From Mustelus asterias (lineage: Eukaryota), in NCBI RefSeq assembly GCF_964213995.1, contig NW_027590120.1:1922001-1986000 (forward strand): a DNA stretch of 64,000 nucleotides, in the 5' to 3' direction. Position numbers and translations under genes: made by a program. This document shows, piece by piece, positions 1-12,274 of this stretch (positions are counted from its first letter, which is position 1; each line of letters opens with the position of its first letter). The notes under the pieces were generated by a model that ran no database searches, had not been told where the DNA came from, and was given only the letters and a program-made list of their open reading frames with translations.

Positions 1-338
1 AGTCCGTGTGGGCTTTTAAAGCTCTTCTCACACTTGGAGCATTGAAACTCTCTCTTGTCAGTGTGAACTTGCTGGTGTTTCAGCAGGTGGGATGAGCGAG
101 TGAATCCGTTTCCACACACCGAGCAGGTGAACGGCCTCTCCCCGGTGTGGAGTCGCTCATGCAGCTGAAGGCAGATGAACTGAGCGAATCTCTTCCCACA
201 TACGGAACAAATGAACGGCCTCTCCCCGGTGTGTCTGCGTCGATGAATTTCCAGCTCAGATGGGGATCTGAATCCCTTCCCACAGTCCACACATTCCCAT
301 GGTTTCTCCCTGGTGTGAACGGTGCTTTTTGCTTCCAT
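1..338 (-). CDS. C2H2 zinc-finger gene, 5' part (runs off the left edge)
   Basis: Manual translation from ATG at 338: [51 protein letters not shown]...; 3 complete fingers plus the start of a 4th, no stop before position 1. Acceptor-like ttttacag upstream at about 443-450. Confidence 0.85.
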   Translation of the reverse strand, partial: MEAKSTVHTREKPWECVDCGKGFRSPSELEIHRRRHTGERPFICSVCGKRFAQFICLQLHERLHTGERPFTCSVCGNGFTRSSHLLKHQQVHTDKREFQCSKCEKSFKSPHG

Positions 339-827
339 GTTCAAAGGCTGATGATTTTCAAGTCCTGATGAATCGAGTGACTCTGTCAGATTTTGATGTG
401 ATGTTTGGTTTGACTTTCCTGATTGTGAACCTTTCAAATATTCTGTAAAATGAATTTAAGACAGAATCAAGGAAATGTAAAAGAGAACCCAGAAAAACAC
501 AAAGGCAGGTTGTGAAATTGAGCTAAATTAATCTTGTAATTTGTGGGGCCAGCGCTAGGAAAAAGTGACCCTGAAAACTGCTGGCATCTCATAAAAACCC
601 AACTGGTTCACTAATGTCCTTGAGGGAAGGGAACCTGCCACCCAGTCGGGGCTTACACAAGACTCTGGCTTCCATGGGAGGAGAGAGAGAGGTGAAGGAG
701 GGTAAAAAAGATGAACTTCATAGATCTGCAACTGAATTTGAATTTTGAAAGAATCTCCCAAACCCATAACTCCATCCACTGGAAAGACAAGAGCAGCTGA
801 TGCCTGGAAAAACCATCACCTCCAAGA

Positions 828-1075
828 CACACACCAGCGAGTTCAGACTGGGGAGAGACCAGACTCCTGCTCCACATGTGAGAAAGATAGAATCGATCAT
901 CCAATCAGCTGACACACCGGCGAGTTCAGCAGTGATTACTGGGCTTGGATTCTGCTGTTGTTGCTGCTGTTAATGACATCCAAGACTGAACTCTGTTCAT
1001 TCTGATAGTTTGGGTTTGTTTCTGTTGATGTTTATAATCTCTATAACTGGACTGGATGTTTAATATTCTGGAACT
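828..1075 (+). pseudogene. ZNF 3'-end remnant (one degenerate finger plus the family 3'UTR)
   Basis: cacaccagcgagttcagactggggagagacc... followed by ggattctgctgttgttgctgctgttaatgacatccaagactgaac, which matches the 3'UTR of the intact ZNF genes. Confidence 0.7.
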
Positions 1076-1162
1076 TGGCTTGTTTTACCTTGTGACCCTT
1101 ACTCTTCTAATAAAGTATCTTTCTTTGGTCTGTAGCAAATAGTGATTTACTTGTAATTTTTT

Positions 1163-1715
<553 letters not shown>

Positions 1716-2024
1716 TAAAATCCGAATGATAATCAAGTTACCGTTAACTGGGCAGCTCCGTCAGATCCTGATGTGATGTTTGTTCGAAGATTCCTGACTG
1801 CAAATCCTCCTCTTCTAAAACTCTGTGACACTGAATTTAAAAGAAAAAAAAAGTGAGAGAGAACCCACAAAAACACAAAGGCAGGTTGTGAAATTGAGCT
1901 GAATGAATCTGGTAATTTCTGGGGCCGGCACTGGGAAAAAGTGACCATGAAAATTCTGGAGTGTCATAAAAACCCAAGTGATTCACTGATGTCCTGCAGG
2001 GAAGGGATTGAATGTCACCCATTC

Positions 2025-3050
2025 TATAGGATCATGGCTGATCTGACATTCCTCATGTCCACTTTCTTGCCCTTTTCCCGTAACCCTTGATTTCCTTAAT
2101 CAAAAATATACACAAGGGCTTTGCCCCCACAGCTCTCTGTGGCAAGGAGTTGCAAAGACTCTTAACCCTCTGGGAGAAGAAATTGCTCCAGATCTCAGTC
2201 TTAAATTGGCACCTTTTATTCTGAGACTGTGCCCTCTGGTCCCAGACTCTCCCATGAGAGGAAACATCCGCTCAGCATTTACCCTCTCAAGTCCCTTAAG
2301 AATCCGATATGCTTCAATGAGATCACCTCTCATTCTTCTAAATTCTAATGAGGAGAGGCCCAACCTGTTTAACCTTTCCTCATAAAACAATCCCTCCATA
2401 ACGGGGATAATCCAAGTGAATCTACTGTGAACTGCCTCCAATGAAATAATATTTTTCCTTAAATAAGGAGACCAAAACTGCTCACAGTCCTCCAGATATG
2501 GTCTCGCCAGTACCTTGTACAGCTGCAGCAAGACTTCCCTACTCATATACTCCAACCATGGTGGCACTGCAGTTAGCACTGCTGCTTCACAGCGCCAGAG
2601 ACTCGGGTTCAATTCCTGGCTTGGGTCACTGTCTGTGTGGAGTTTGCACATTCTCCCCGGTTCTGCGTGGGTTTCCTCCGGGTGCTCCGGTTTCCTCCCA
2701 CAGTCCAAAGATGTGCAGGTTAGGTGAACTGGCCATGCTAAATTCTCCCTCAGTGTACCTGAACAGGCGCCGGAGTGTGGCGACTAGTGGATTTTCACAG
2801 TAACATCATTGCATTGTTAATGTAAGCCTACTTGTGACAAATAAATAAACTTTACTTTACTTGAAATAAGGGCCAACATTCTATTAGGCTTCCTGATTAC
2901 CAACTGCACCTGTGTGCTGGGTTTCTGTGTTTTGTGCAGAAGTCCCCCAAGTCCTGTTGTGTTGCAGCTTTACAGTCTTTTCCCCATTTAAATAATACTC
3001 CCCTGCTCTCCCTTCCAAAATGAACTGTTTCACATTTTCCCACATTATCA
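2025..3050 (-). mobile_element. CR1 LINE 3' fragment, interrupted by a SINE at about 2560-2861
   Basis: ORF 2100-2708 contains the CR1 C-terminal motifs LYKVLARPYLEDCEQFWSPY and RRMRGDLIEAYRIL. Confidence 0.85.
2560..2861 (+). mobile_element. tRNA-derived V-SINE (HE1-like head and core, alternative tail)
   Basis: B box gggttcaattcc, core ctgtgtggagtttgcacattctcccc, tail gtaagcctacttgtgacaaataaataaactttac. Confidence 0.85.
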
Positions 3051-3850
3051 TAGAGTCCCTAACAGTGCAGAAGGAGGACATTCAACCCATGAGTCGCACC
3101 AATTCTCTCACATAGTATCTTACCCAGAGCCTCTCTCCCACCCTATCCCCATACCCTCACACATTTACCATGGCTAATCCATCTAACCTACATGTCTTGG
3201 GACACTAAGGGGAAATGGCCAACCCACTTAATCTGCACATCTCTGGACTGTGGGAGAAACAGTAAGAAGTCTCACAACGCCAGGTTAAAGTCCAACAGGT
3301 TTATTTGGTAGCAAATACCATAAGCTTTTGGAGCACAGCTCCTTCGTCAGATGGAGTGGATATCTGTTATCAAACAGTGCAAACAGACACAGAAATCAAA
3401 TTACAGAATACTGATTAGAATGCAAATCTCTACAGCCAGCCAGGTCTTAAATGTACAGACAATGTGGGTGGAGGGAGCATTCAACACAGGTTAAAGAGAT
3501 GTGTATTGTCTCCAGACAGAACAGCTAGTGAAATTCTGCAAGTCCAGGAGGCAAGCTGTGGGGGTTACTGATAATGTGACATAAATCCAACATCCCGGTT
3601 TAGGCCGTCCTCATGTGTGCGGAACTTGGCTATCAGTTTCTGCTCAGCGACTCTGCGCTGTCGTGTGTCGTGAAGGCCGCCTTGGAGAACGCTTACCTGA
3701 AGATCCAAGGCTGAATGCCCGTGACTGCTGAAGTGCTCCCACACAGGAAGAGAACAGTCTTGCCTTGTGATTGTCGAGCGGTGTTCATTCATCCGTTGTG
3801 GGAGAAAACCAGAGCACCTGGAGGAAACCCACACAGACATGGAGGAAAGC
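3050..3850 (-). mobile_element. HE1-like SINE split by a Penelope insertion
   Basis: SINE sequence stops at 3259 and resumes at 3797; TGTGGGAGAAA is duplicated at 3249-3259 and 3797-3807. Confidence 0.75.
3260..3796 (-). mobile_element. Penelope-like element 3' fragment (GIY-YIG C-terminus plus terminal repeat)
   Basis: ORF 3565-3864 (RMNEHRSTITRQDCSLPVWEHF...RRVAEQKLIAKFRTHEDGLNRD) resembles a PLE GIY-YIG end; 11-bp TSD; hammerhead-like motif at 3318-3354. Confidence 0.85.
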
Positions 3851-4107
3851 TGCTGGATTATCATAAAAACCCAAGGGGTATGCTGATGTCTGTCAAGAAA
3901 GGAAATCTGGCACCTGGTCTAGAGTGGAGACAGAGAGAAGTAGAAGGGGCCGGGGTGAAGGAGAGGGATTTTATACATCTAGAACTCAATGAGAACTTTG
4001 ACAGAATCTCCCAAATCCTCAACCTCCACCACCTAGAAGGACCGAGGTAGTAGGTAGATGTGAACACCATCACCTCCAAGATCCCTCCCCCCCCCAACTC
4101 ACACACA

Positions 4108-4410
4108 ATCCTGACTTGTCTGACATCCAGTACTAAAAGAACTGAAACTTCTTTCATATAAACACTGGGAAGACTGAACCCATTGTCTTCAGTCCCCACT
4201 ACAAACTCCACTCCCTCGCCAGCAACTCTATCTTCCTGGTAACTGTCTGAGGCTGAACCAAACTGTTCACAACCATGGTGAAATATTTCACCCCAAGATG
4301 AGCTTCCAACCACATTGCCACATCATCATCAAAACCGCCTATTCCCATCTCAGTGACATCGCCCGACTCCACCCCAGTCTCACTTCATCTGGAACTCTCA
4401 ACCATTCCAA
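4108..4410 (+). mobile_element. Old L2-like LINE fragment
   Basis: ctgacatccagtac...ttctttcatataaacactgggaagactgaa resembles the L2 'W..NFLQLN..KTE' region; paralogous to 53400-53960 and 54900-55340. Confidence 0.55.
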
Positions 4411-4464
4411 TGTGACGTGGAACTCAAGGGAATGGAACTGACCAAATTGCTCCACAGAGAGTTC

Positions 4465-4627
4465 AGTAAGTCTCACAACACTAGGTTAAAGTCCAACAGG
4501 TTTATGTGGAATCACGAGCTTTTGGAGCACTGCTCCTTCCTCAGGTCACTCACCTGATGGACTTTAACCTGGTGTTGTGAGACTTCTTACTATGCCCAAC
4601 CCAGTCCAATGCCGGCATCTCCACATC
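4465..4627. mobile_element. Two Penelope terminal fragments in inverted orientation
   Basis: gtaagtctcacaacactaggttaaagtcca (4465-4494) and its reverse complement tggactttaacctggtgttgtgagacttcttac (4558-4590). Confidence 0.75.
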
Positions 4628-5099
4628 ATGGCTACCATGGAGAGTTAGCATGGATTTAAGTTGCCAAATGCATTTCCTTCTATGTTGTAATCTCTGCATC
4701 ACTGGAAATTGATAAAGCAGCCACACTGCTGTATATTTCAAGACAAAAAATATGGGATCATAAATAACATATCTCTCTCCCATACAAATTTACTGTTGAT
4801 TTAAATGTTAGCCCTCTTCTGGGAAAACTGAATTGTGAACATTGGGTAAGAGGCTACCCTATTAGCCAGATAAACTGAGGGAACTAAAAGATGTCAATGT
4901 CTTTGAGAGAGAAACAAAAATATACCTGGGCCTAGTCCTGTTCCTGAATCCGGTCTTCATCTGTAACCTTTCCAGAGTCTGCTGCCTCCCTGGATTCACT
5001 TCCTTTCCCTTCAGTTGCTGCAAGTCCCCAATTTCCCCCAGAATGAGAAAAGAAATGGAAAGGGGGAAACATTGATTTCCTCCCAGATGTTGCCCAGAG

Positions 5100-5630
5100 G
5101 AGGGAGTTTGGACAACTTCCGCATTGTGACGTCCATAATAGAGCTCTGCCTAAATCAGCCAATAGGAATCATTCTGCTCCGCGATGACGTCTCCGGTGTG
5201 CAGGCCCGGGCGCGCGGACCCGGGAGCCCCGCCCCCACCCATTGTTCCCCCTCCCCCTCCACCTCTTCCAGCCACGGTTTCCAGGCAACCGGCTGACGGC
5301 TCCGGCCAGAGCGAGAAGCCGCGTATTGATCGCCCCCTCCCTCGGCCCGGGACTGCGCATGTCCAAGGGAGAGGGGAAGATGTGCATGTGCGGGGGGGAG
5401 CCAACCTTTTGACCTGCTGCTGAGGTGTTGGCCAATGGAAAGTTGGAGGACCGGACGTTCTCTGGTCCTCCAGCCAATCAGAGCGCCCCCATTGTCTGAA
5501 TGCGGAAGTGGACAATGAGCTTGTTCAGCTGCTCATTCCTGCCCAGCAAAGCTGCTGCTGCTCTCTCTCTGAATGAAGATTGCGCTTCAGACAGACTCAA
5601 ACTTCTTCTGTCTCTCCAACATCTGTGAGT
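5100..5630. promoter_or_regulatory. CpG-rich, probably bidirectional promoter with non-coding exon 1 and donor GTGAGT at 5625
   Basis: High GC/CpG; CCAAT at 5432 and 5474; GC boxes; ETS-like CGGAAGTG at about 5503; palindrome 5444-5472; flanked by inverted copies of the intron-1 5' module. Confidence 0.7.
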
Positions 5631-7910
5631 AAAACACTTTCTTTTCTCCCCCTTTCCATTTCTTTTCTCATTCTGGGGGAAATTGGGGACTTGCAGCAAC
5701 TAAAGGGAAACGGAGTGAATCCAGGGAGGCTGCAGACTCTGGAAAGGTTGGCCCGGGTCTCTCTTTCTCTTAAAGACATTGACATCCTTTGCTCCCTCAG
5801 CTTGACACGCTGATTTGTCTGGCTAAAAGGTCCCTTTCCTAATGTTCACAATTAAAGGGCTGGTTTCCCCAGGTGATGGCTGACATTTAAAAGAACAATA
5901 AATTAATACAGGATAGAGATATGCCTTGTGTTGTTATATTGTAGATTTGGTGTAATATTTATGGTTCTGTAACAAAGTACATTTATTATTATTTCTCATT
6001 TTGTAATGTAGCACTGAAGCTATGTTATATATTTTCACTCATCGAGTCATTACAGCGCAGAAGGAGTCCATTCAGTAACTCGAATCCATGCCGACTCTCT
6101 GTCGAACAATCCAGTCAGTCCCATTCCCTTTCTATATTACCTTTCCCCTGCAACTTTATTTCCTTTATGTGCCCATCTAATTTCTGAAATATATTAAAGG
6201 GGACAGTAAACTAATACAGGACAGAGATGTGCCTCTGCTCCCCATAGCCAGGAACTGATAGCCTGCTCCCTTATATTGTATATCATTCTCTCTGTATTGC
6301 TTGTTTCCTCTGATTCTCAGCTTTTATCTTTGACCACCTCATCTTTCTGCTTTTTAAAATCTCTCTCAGTTTTTCTCTCAGTCTTTCTGTCTCTCCTTTC
6401 CTCTGTATCTTTCTCAGGCTTTGTGTGTTCCTATTTGATCAAGATGTTCAAAATCAGGGAGAGTTTCTGATTGATTACAGAGGGAAAAACAGGGAGAAAA
6501 GCAGAAAAACCCGGCAGGTCTGGCGGCATCTGTTCAGAGAGTTAACATTTTGAGTCCATATAATTCTTCAGGGCAGGAAAAACATGGGTTATCCATCTTA
6601 GATCAGGGAATGTGCTGGGGGAGATTTAATAGAGGTGTTTAAAATGACAAATGATTTATGATAGTGTCAATGGAGAGAAATGATCTCCCAGCAGCAGGAG
6701 GGTTTGTCGATGGAGAGAATCGATTTCCCCGGTGCAGGAGGGTCTGTAAGCAGAGGATACAGAGATTTAATTTAATTGACAACAGAATTGGAAGGGGTGT
6801 TAAGGAGAATGTTTTACACAATAACTTGATATGATCTGGAATGCACAAACTGACAGGTGCTCGAAGCAAGTTTAATAGTAGCTTTCAAAGGGAATTGGAT
6901 AAATACTTGCAGAGGATAAATTGGCAAAGTTATGGTGAATGGGATTAATTAGACAATTCACTCATCTTTGTGACATTCTGAATGTATCTCTCCTCAGGTT
7001 TTAATATTTGATCTTTTCGATTATAATGTGTCTCAAACAGAAGATTAAAATATTGGGTTTGATGAGCTGTCAGATCTCTTTCCTGTGTGTCTGTGTAACT
7101 TGAGAACTGGAGATAACAATGAGAAGGAACTGATTATTTTCAGTTCCTCTAACAGATACACCTCAGATATCAGAAATCCCTGGAGCTCCCCATGTCCTCA
7201 TTATTCTCGCCTCGAGTATAACAGCTCTCAGTCAGGCCGAGTCAGTCACATGTGTCTCTGTCATGATGTTTCCACTTGTATTTTATCACTCACCTCCCAG
7301 TGACACTCACCATAACACAGACACCTTAAAATATCATTGTTCCCTTGCACTTTGTCCTCCTATTATAATCAAATGTTTGTTGGGCCTCTTGTCTCCCTTA
7401 ATGTCAGATTACCTGCAGTTAAAATGACCTCAGAGACACTGAAACTGCCGTTGTAAAATACAGCAGAATTGGAATGACAGACAGGTTATTGTCCGATAAT
7501 GACAGTGGCAGAGTAACACACACCGGAATCTAAATACATTATATCAATAGACCACGACTCACTCACACTATCAAATGAAACTTAAACTTTGGTTATGGTG
7601 CACGAGATACTGACTGTATTACCATTACATTGGATCTAATGCTGTGTTCACTAACATACTGCAATGTGACTCTAAATATTTTAACAAACATTGTATTTGT
7701 TACACTCAGAGTAAGTCAGTGCTTTGCTGTGTTGTCTCTGTGCCCCATCTCCACTCTGAATGAATTGGAGCCTGTGTGTGTCATTGTTACACTGAGACTC
7801 TGTCACTGTTATTACTAATGTGGAGATGCCGGCGTTGGACTAGGGTAAACACAGTAAGAGGTTTAACAACACCAGGTTAAAGTCCAACAGGTTTATTTGG
7901 TAGCAAAAGC

Positions 7911-7947
7911 CACAAGCTTTCGGAGTCTTAAGCTCCTTCTTCAGGTG
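7911..7947 (-). ncRNA. Minimal type I hammerhead ribozyme motif in the PLE terminal repeat
   Basis: Reverse complement reads CAC-CTGAAGA-A-GGAGC-TTAAG-ACTCC-GAAA-GC-TT-GTG. Confidence 0.65.
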
Positions 7948-8100
7948 AGTGGGAATTCTGTTCACAAACAGGGCATATAAAGACACAAACTCAATTAACA
8001 GAATAATGGTTGGAATGCAAATACTTACAGCTAATCAAGTCTTAAAGGTACAAACAATGTGAGTGGAGACAGCATCAAGACAGGCTAAAGAGATGTGTAT

Positions 8101-8446
8101 TCATAGAATCATAGAAACCCTACAGCACAGAAAGAGGCCATTCAGCCCATCGAGTCTGCACTGACCACAATCCCACCCAGGCCCTACCCCCATATCCCTA
8201 CATATTTACCCACTAATCCCTCTAACCTACGCATCTCAGGACACTAAGGGCAATTTTAGCACGGCCAATCAACCTCACCCGCACATCTTTGGACTGTGGG
8301 AGGAAACCGGAGCACCCGGAGGAAACTCACGCAGACACGAGGAGAACGTGCAAACTCCACACAGACAGTGACCCAAGCCGGGAATCGAACCCAGGTCCCT
8401 GGAGCTGTAAAGCAGCAGTGCTAACCACTGTGCTACCATGCCGCCC
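8101..8446 (-). mobile_element. HE1-like V-SINE, full length, inserted in the Penelope element
   Basis: A box TAGCACAGTGG, B box GGTTCGATTCC, CR1-like (ttctatga)n tail. Confidence 0.9.
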
Positions 8447-9487
8447 CACTGTCCAGACAGGACAGCCAGTGAGACTCTGCAAGTCCAGGCAAGTTGTGGG
8501 GATTACAGATAGTGTGACATGAACCCAATATCCCGGTTGAGGCCGTCCTCATGTGTGCAGAACTTGGCTATCAGTTTCTGCTCAGCAACTCTGCGCCGTC
8601 GTGTGTCGTGAAGGCCGCCTTGGAGAATGCTTACCCGAATATCAGAGGCCGAATGCCCGTGACCGCTCAAGTGCTCCCCAACAGGAAGAGAACAGTCTTG
8701 CCTGGTGATTGTCGAGTGGTATTCATTCATCCGTTGTCACAGCGTCTGCATGGTTTCCCCAATGTACCATGCCTCGGGACATCCTTTCCTGCAGCGTATC
8801 AGGTAGACAACTTTGGCCGAGTTGCAAGAGTATGTACCGTGTACCTGGTGGATGGTGTTCTCACGTGAGATGATGGCATCTGTGTCGATGATCCGGCACG
8901 TGTTGCAGAGGTTGCTGTGGCAGGGTTGTGTGGTGTCGTGGTCACTGTTCTCCTGAAGGCTGGGTAGTTTGCTGCGGACAATGGTCTGTTTGAGGTTGTG
9001 CGGTTGTTTGAAGGCAAGAAGTGGGGGTGTGGGGATGGCCTTGGCGAGATGTTCGTCTTCATCAATGACATGTTGAAGGCTCCGGAGGAGATGCCGTAGC
9101 TTCTCCGCTCCGATGAAGTACTGGACGACGAAGGGTACTCTGTCCACCGTGTCCCGTGTTTGTCTTCTGAGGAGGTCGGTGCGGTTTTTCACTGTGGCGC
9201 GTCGGAACTGTCGATCGATGAGTTGAGCGCTATATCCTGTTCTTATGAGGGCATCTTTCAGCATCTGGAGGTGTCTGTTGCGATCCTCCTCATCCGAGCA
9301 GATCCTGTGTATACGGAGGGCTTGTCCGTCGGGGATGGCTTCTTTAACGTGTTTAGAGTGGAAGCTCTCCACTCACATTGTTTGTACCTTTAAGACTTGA
9401 TTAGCTGCAAGGATTCGCATTCCAACCATTATTCTGTAAATTGAGTCTGTGTCTTTATATGCCCTGTTTGTAAACAGAATTCCCACT

Positions 9488-9524
9488 CACCTGAAGAAGG
9501 AGCTTGAGGCTCCGAAAGCTTGTG
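9488..9524 (+). ncRNA. Minimal type I hammerhead ribozyme motif in the inverted PLE repeat
   Basis: CAC-CTGAAGA-A-GGAGC-TTGAG-GCTCC-GAAA-GC-TT-GTG: intact core, perfect 5-bp stem II, palindromic AAGCTT in place of stem III. Confidence 0.7.
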
Positions 9525-9589
9525 TGACGTTTGCTACCAAATAAACCTGTTGGACTTTAACCTGGTGTTGTTAAACTTCTTACTGTTAT

Positions 9590-10050
9590 TATTGGACAAG
9601 CAGCAAATCACCGTCACAATGCCCGGCTGATTGACGGCAGCGCGGACCAATGGGAAGAGGGGACAGTGCTGGAGGACCGACATGGGGCGGTCGGTCCTCC
9701 AACCAATCGGAGCGAACGAGGGGCGGGGCCAACTTTGACTCGAGCATGCGCAGTATGAGTAATGGCGATGGGAAACGGCTTTTGCTGTGGGCTCGGAAAT
9801 CTGTTCGAGGTGATTGGAGGAACGGAGAGAGCAATGGATCGTCCAGGTGGGTGGAAACGCTGCATAACCATGTTGTGTAAGCCGCAAACCGCGGAAGAGA
9901 ACTTCCCGGACCCAGTTTGTACCGAGCAAGGCTGCAGCTCCTCGTGTTCGTCCAGGGTTAACGTTCGCCATCTTTATTGGGGGCAATAGGCAGCAGTGCG
10001 CACGTGCGGCCGCCATGTTTGTAGAGGGCAATGTTGTCAATCAGTGGGAG
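9590..10050. promoter_or_regulatory. CpG-rich promoter-like island
   Basis: CCAAT at 9647 and 9703 around palindrome 9670-9701; GC box GGGGCGGGGC; NRF1-like GCATGCGCA; YY1-like GCCGCCATGTT at about 10009; inverted paralog of about 37730-38170. Confidence 0.6.
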
Positions 10051-10767
10051 GGGCTTTTGTGTGGCTTTTGCTACCAAATAAACCTGTTGGACTTTAACCT
10101 GGTGTTGTTAAACTTCTTAAGGGGCTTGTTCCCCAGTGCTCAGAATGGAGACAACTTGTCCATCAAACTGCATCAACCCTGAGTCCCAATGTCTTATTGA
10201 TGAGGCAGAGCGGTGGTAGAGAAGGAAAAAGAAAGGAAAATAAAAACAATAAATGCTGGAAAATCTCAGCAGATCTGACAGCATCTGTGGAGAGAGAATA
10301 GAACCAACGTTTCGAGACTGGATGACCCATAGTCGGAGCTTGTACACGTGTAAACAGAGCATGTAAACTTTGACACCTCCATGTACCCTTGTACACCTCA
10401 ATCAATCTACTTTGCTCCAAGGAGAACAACCCCAAGTTATCCAGCCTAACATTGTAACTATAATTCCTCATCCCTGAAACCATTTTGATAAATCTGCTCT
10501 GCACCCTGTCAAGGAGCCTCACATCCTCCATAATGTGTGGTGTTCACTGGTTTGCACAGACCCAGGTATTCTGTGTTCCTGTCTGTGATCTCATCACATA
10601 CTTACAATTGCACAGTGACATCACCCCCGCTCCCCGGGGATTTCCTCAACTGGGAGATTTTTCTCTGATGCCAATGCTTCTGATATCTTTCCAGCTGCAG
10701 GCTCCAGCAGGAGATTTTAATATTAAAATCAGTTAAATTGTTTCAGAGGTGAGTGTTTGTGACCATT

Positions 10768-12273
10768 CACGGGCGCGGGTTCTCGTCATAAACCAGCTGG
10801 TCTCCTCCATGCTGTGGTACCGGCTGGTCCCTTTGACCCCTCCCCCTGGCTTTGTCACCGATATCCAGAGAACCCTCCTGCGGTTCTTCTGGGGCAATCG
10901 ACTGCACTGGGTCCCTGCTGCGGTTCTGTATCTCCCGCTTGAGGAGGGCGGGCAAGGTCTGGTGTGCCTCCGCACTCAGATAGCGACCTTCCGCTAAAGG
11001 TACCTTTCCGTTGAGCCCCCTCCACAGTGGTGTGCCATATTTCTTCTGCCACTGGCACGGCCTCAATTATGACGTGCAGCTCCTGCATATCGAACTGGGG
11101 CGTGCTTCGACCACCCTGCAGGAGTTGCCCGTCTTTTACCAGGACCTCCTCACCGTCTGGAACAAGGTCGCCTCGCGACACAGCTCTCCCCCGTCAGGAG
11201 TAGCAGCTCTCGTGCGAGAGCCGCTGCTCCGGAATCCGCTCCTCCAGCCGTATGACTTCAGGTGGCTGGCGGAGAGGAGGGCTGTGGACGCCGGGGTGAC
11301 CAGAATCGGGGACGTGCTCGATGGCGGAGGAGCGGGCTGGATGGGCCCCCGCGTGCTGGCTGAGCGCGTGGGGACGACCGTCCGGCACGCGGCCAAAGCC
11401 ATCCTAGACCTTAGGACGGTCGTGCTCGGCCCCGAAAGTGCACGCAAACTCGAGGCGGCGCAGGCGTGCGGTGGGATCCCGCCCGAGCGTTCCCCTGTTC
11501 GGACAGAATTCCACATTGGCCCAAAACTTCAACCCTCCTCCCCTGGGTGAGGTGCCCCACAGCCTGAGCCGTCTCGCGGAAATGTCCTCCGTGCCTTTTC
11601 CTACCGCGCGGAGGCGTTTCCTGTGCGGGCTGCTGCTGCACACCTTCCACTACCGCCTCCTTGCCTGTCGCCCGGATACACCTTGGCGGGCCTTGTTTCC
11701 GTAGAGGTCCCTCTACGGAGGGATTGCCCCAATTACATCGGGGACGTGGGGTGAAGGGTGATGCATGCAGCAGTTCCGCACAACCGTAGGATTCACTGGT
11801 TCACGGGCTATGAAGCTTGCCCCTTCTGTGGCCTTGTGAAGTCCGTGGACCATGTCTATGTTTTGTGTCTTAGGTTGCACTTTCTTTTTGTTGGGGTCGG
11901 GATGGCGACCTCCTCGTGAACCTGCTCCTGGGCCTGGCGAAACGCGCCATTTACCGGTCCAGGCTGCGGGCGATCGAGGGGGCCGTCCATCCTGACTGTC
12001 TTCCCCTCTACCGCGGCTACGTTCGCGGCCAGGTGTCCCTGGAGAGGGAGCATGCGGTGTCCACGGGCGCGGTTGACGCCTTCCTCGCCCGCTGGGCACC
12101 GCAGGGGTTGGGGTGCGTTATCGACCCTAATAATCACATTTTAATTTGATGTTTTTAAGTTTCCTTTGTACTTTGATTTCTGTTCGGACTGTTCTCCCTC
12201 CTTTTGGGGAGCTGCCCCTTTTACTTTGTCCTGACTTAATCTGAGTTTGTTTATTTGTTTTGACCTAAAAGAG
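10768..12273 (+). mobile_element. Tx1-like non-LTR retrotransposon, 3' fragment of ORF2 (pseudogenised)
   Basis: RARVLVINQLVSSMLWY...FFWGNRLHWV...LPLEEGGQGL and NLLLGLAKRAIYRSR motifs resemble Tx1 ORF2 C-terminal regions; several stops/frameshifts; T-rich 3'UTR. Confidence 0.8.
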
Positions 12274-12274
12274 G

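Larger units (their letters stand above)
7818..9585 (-). mobile_element. Penelope-like element (RT C-terminus plus GIY-YIG) with an inverted terminal repeat at 9365-9585
   Basis: ORFs 8737-9372 (AIPDGQALRIHRICS...VVYLIRCRKGCPEAWYIGET) and 8503-8730; 9365-9585 is a reverse-complement copy of about 7855-8070, the inverted pLTR layout typical of PLEs. Confidence 0.9.
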
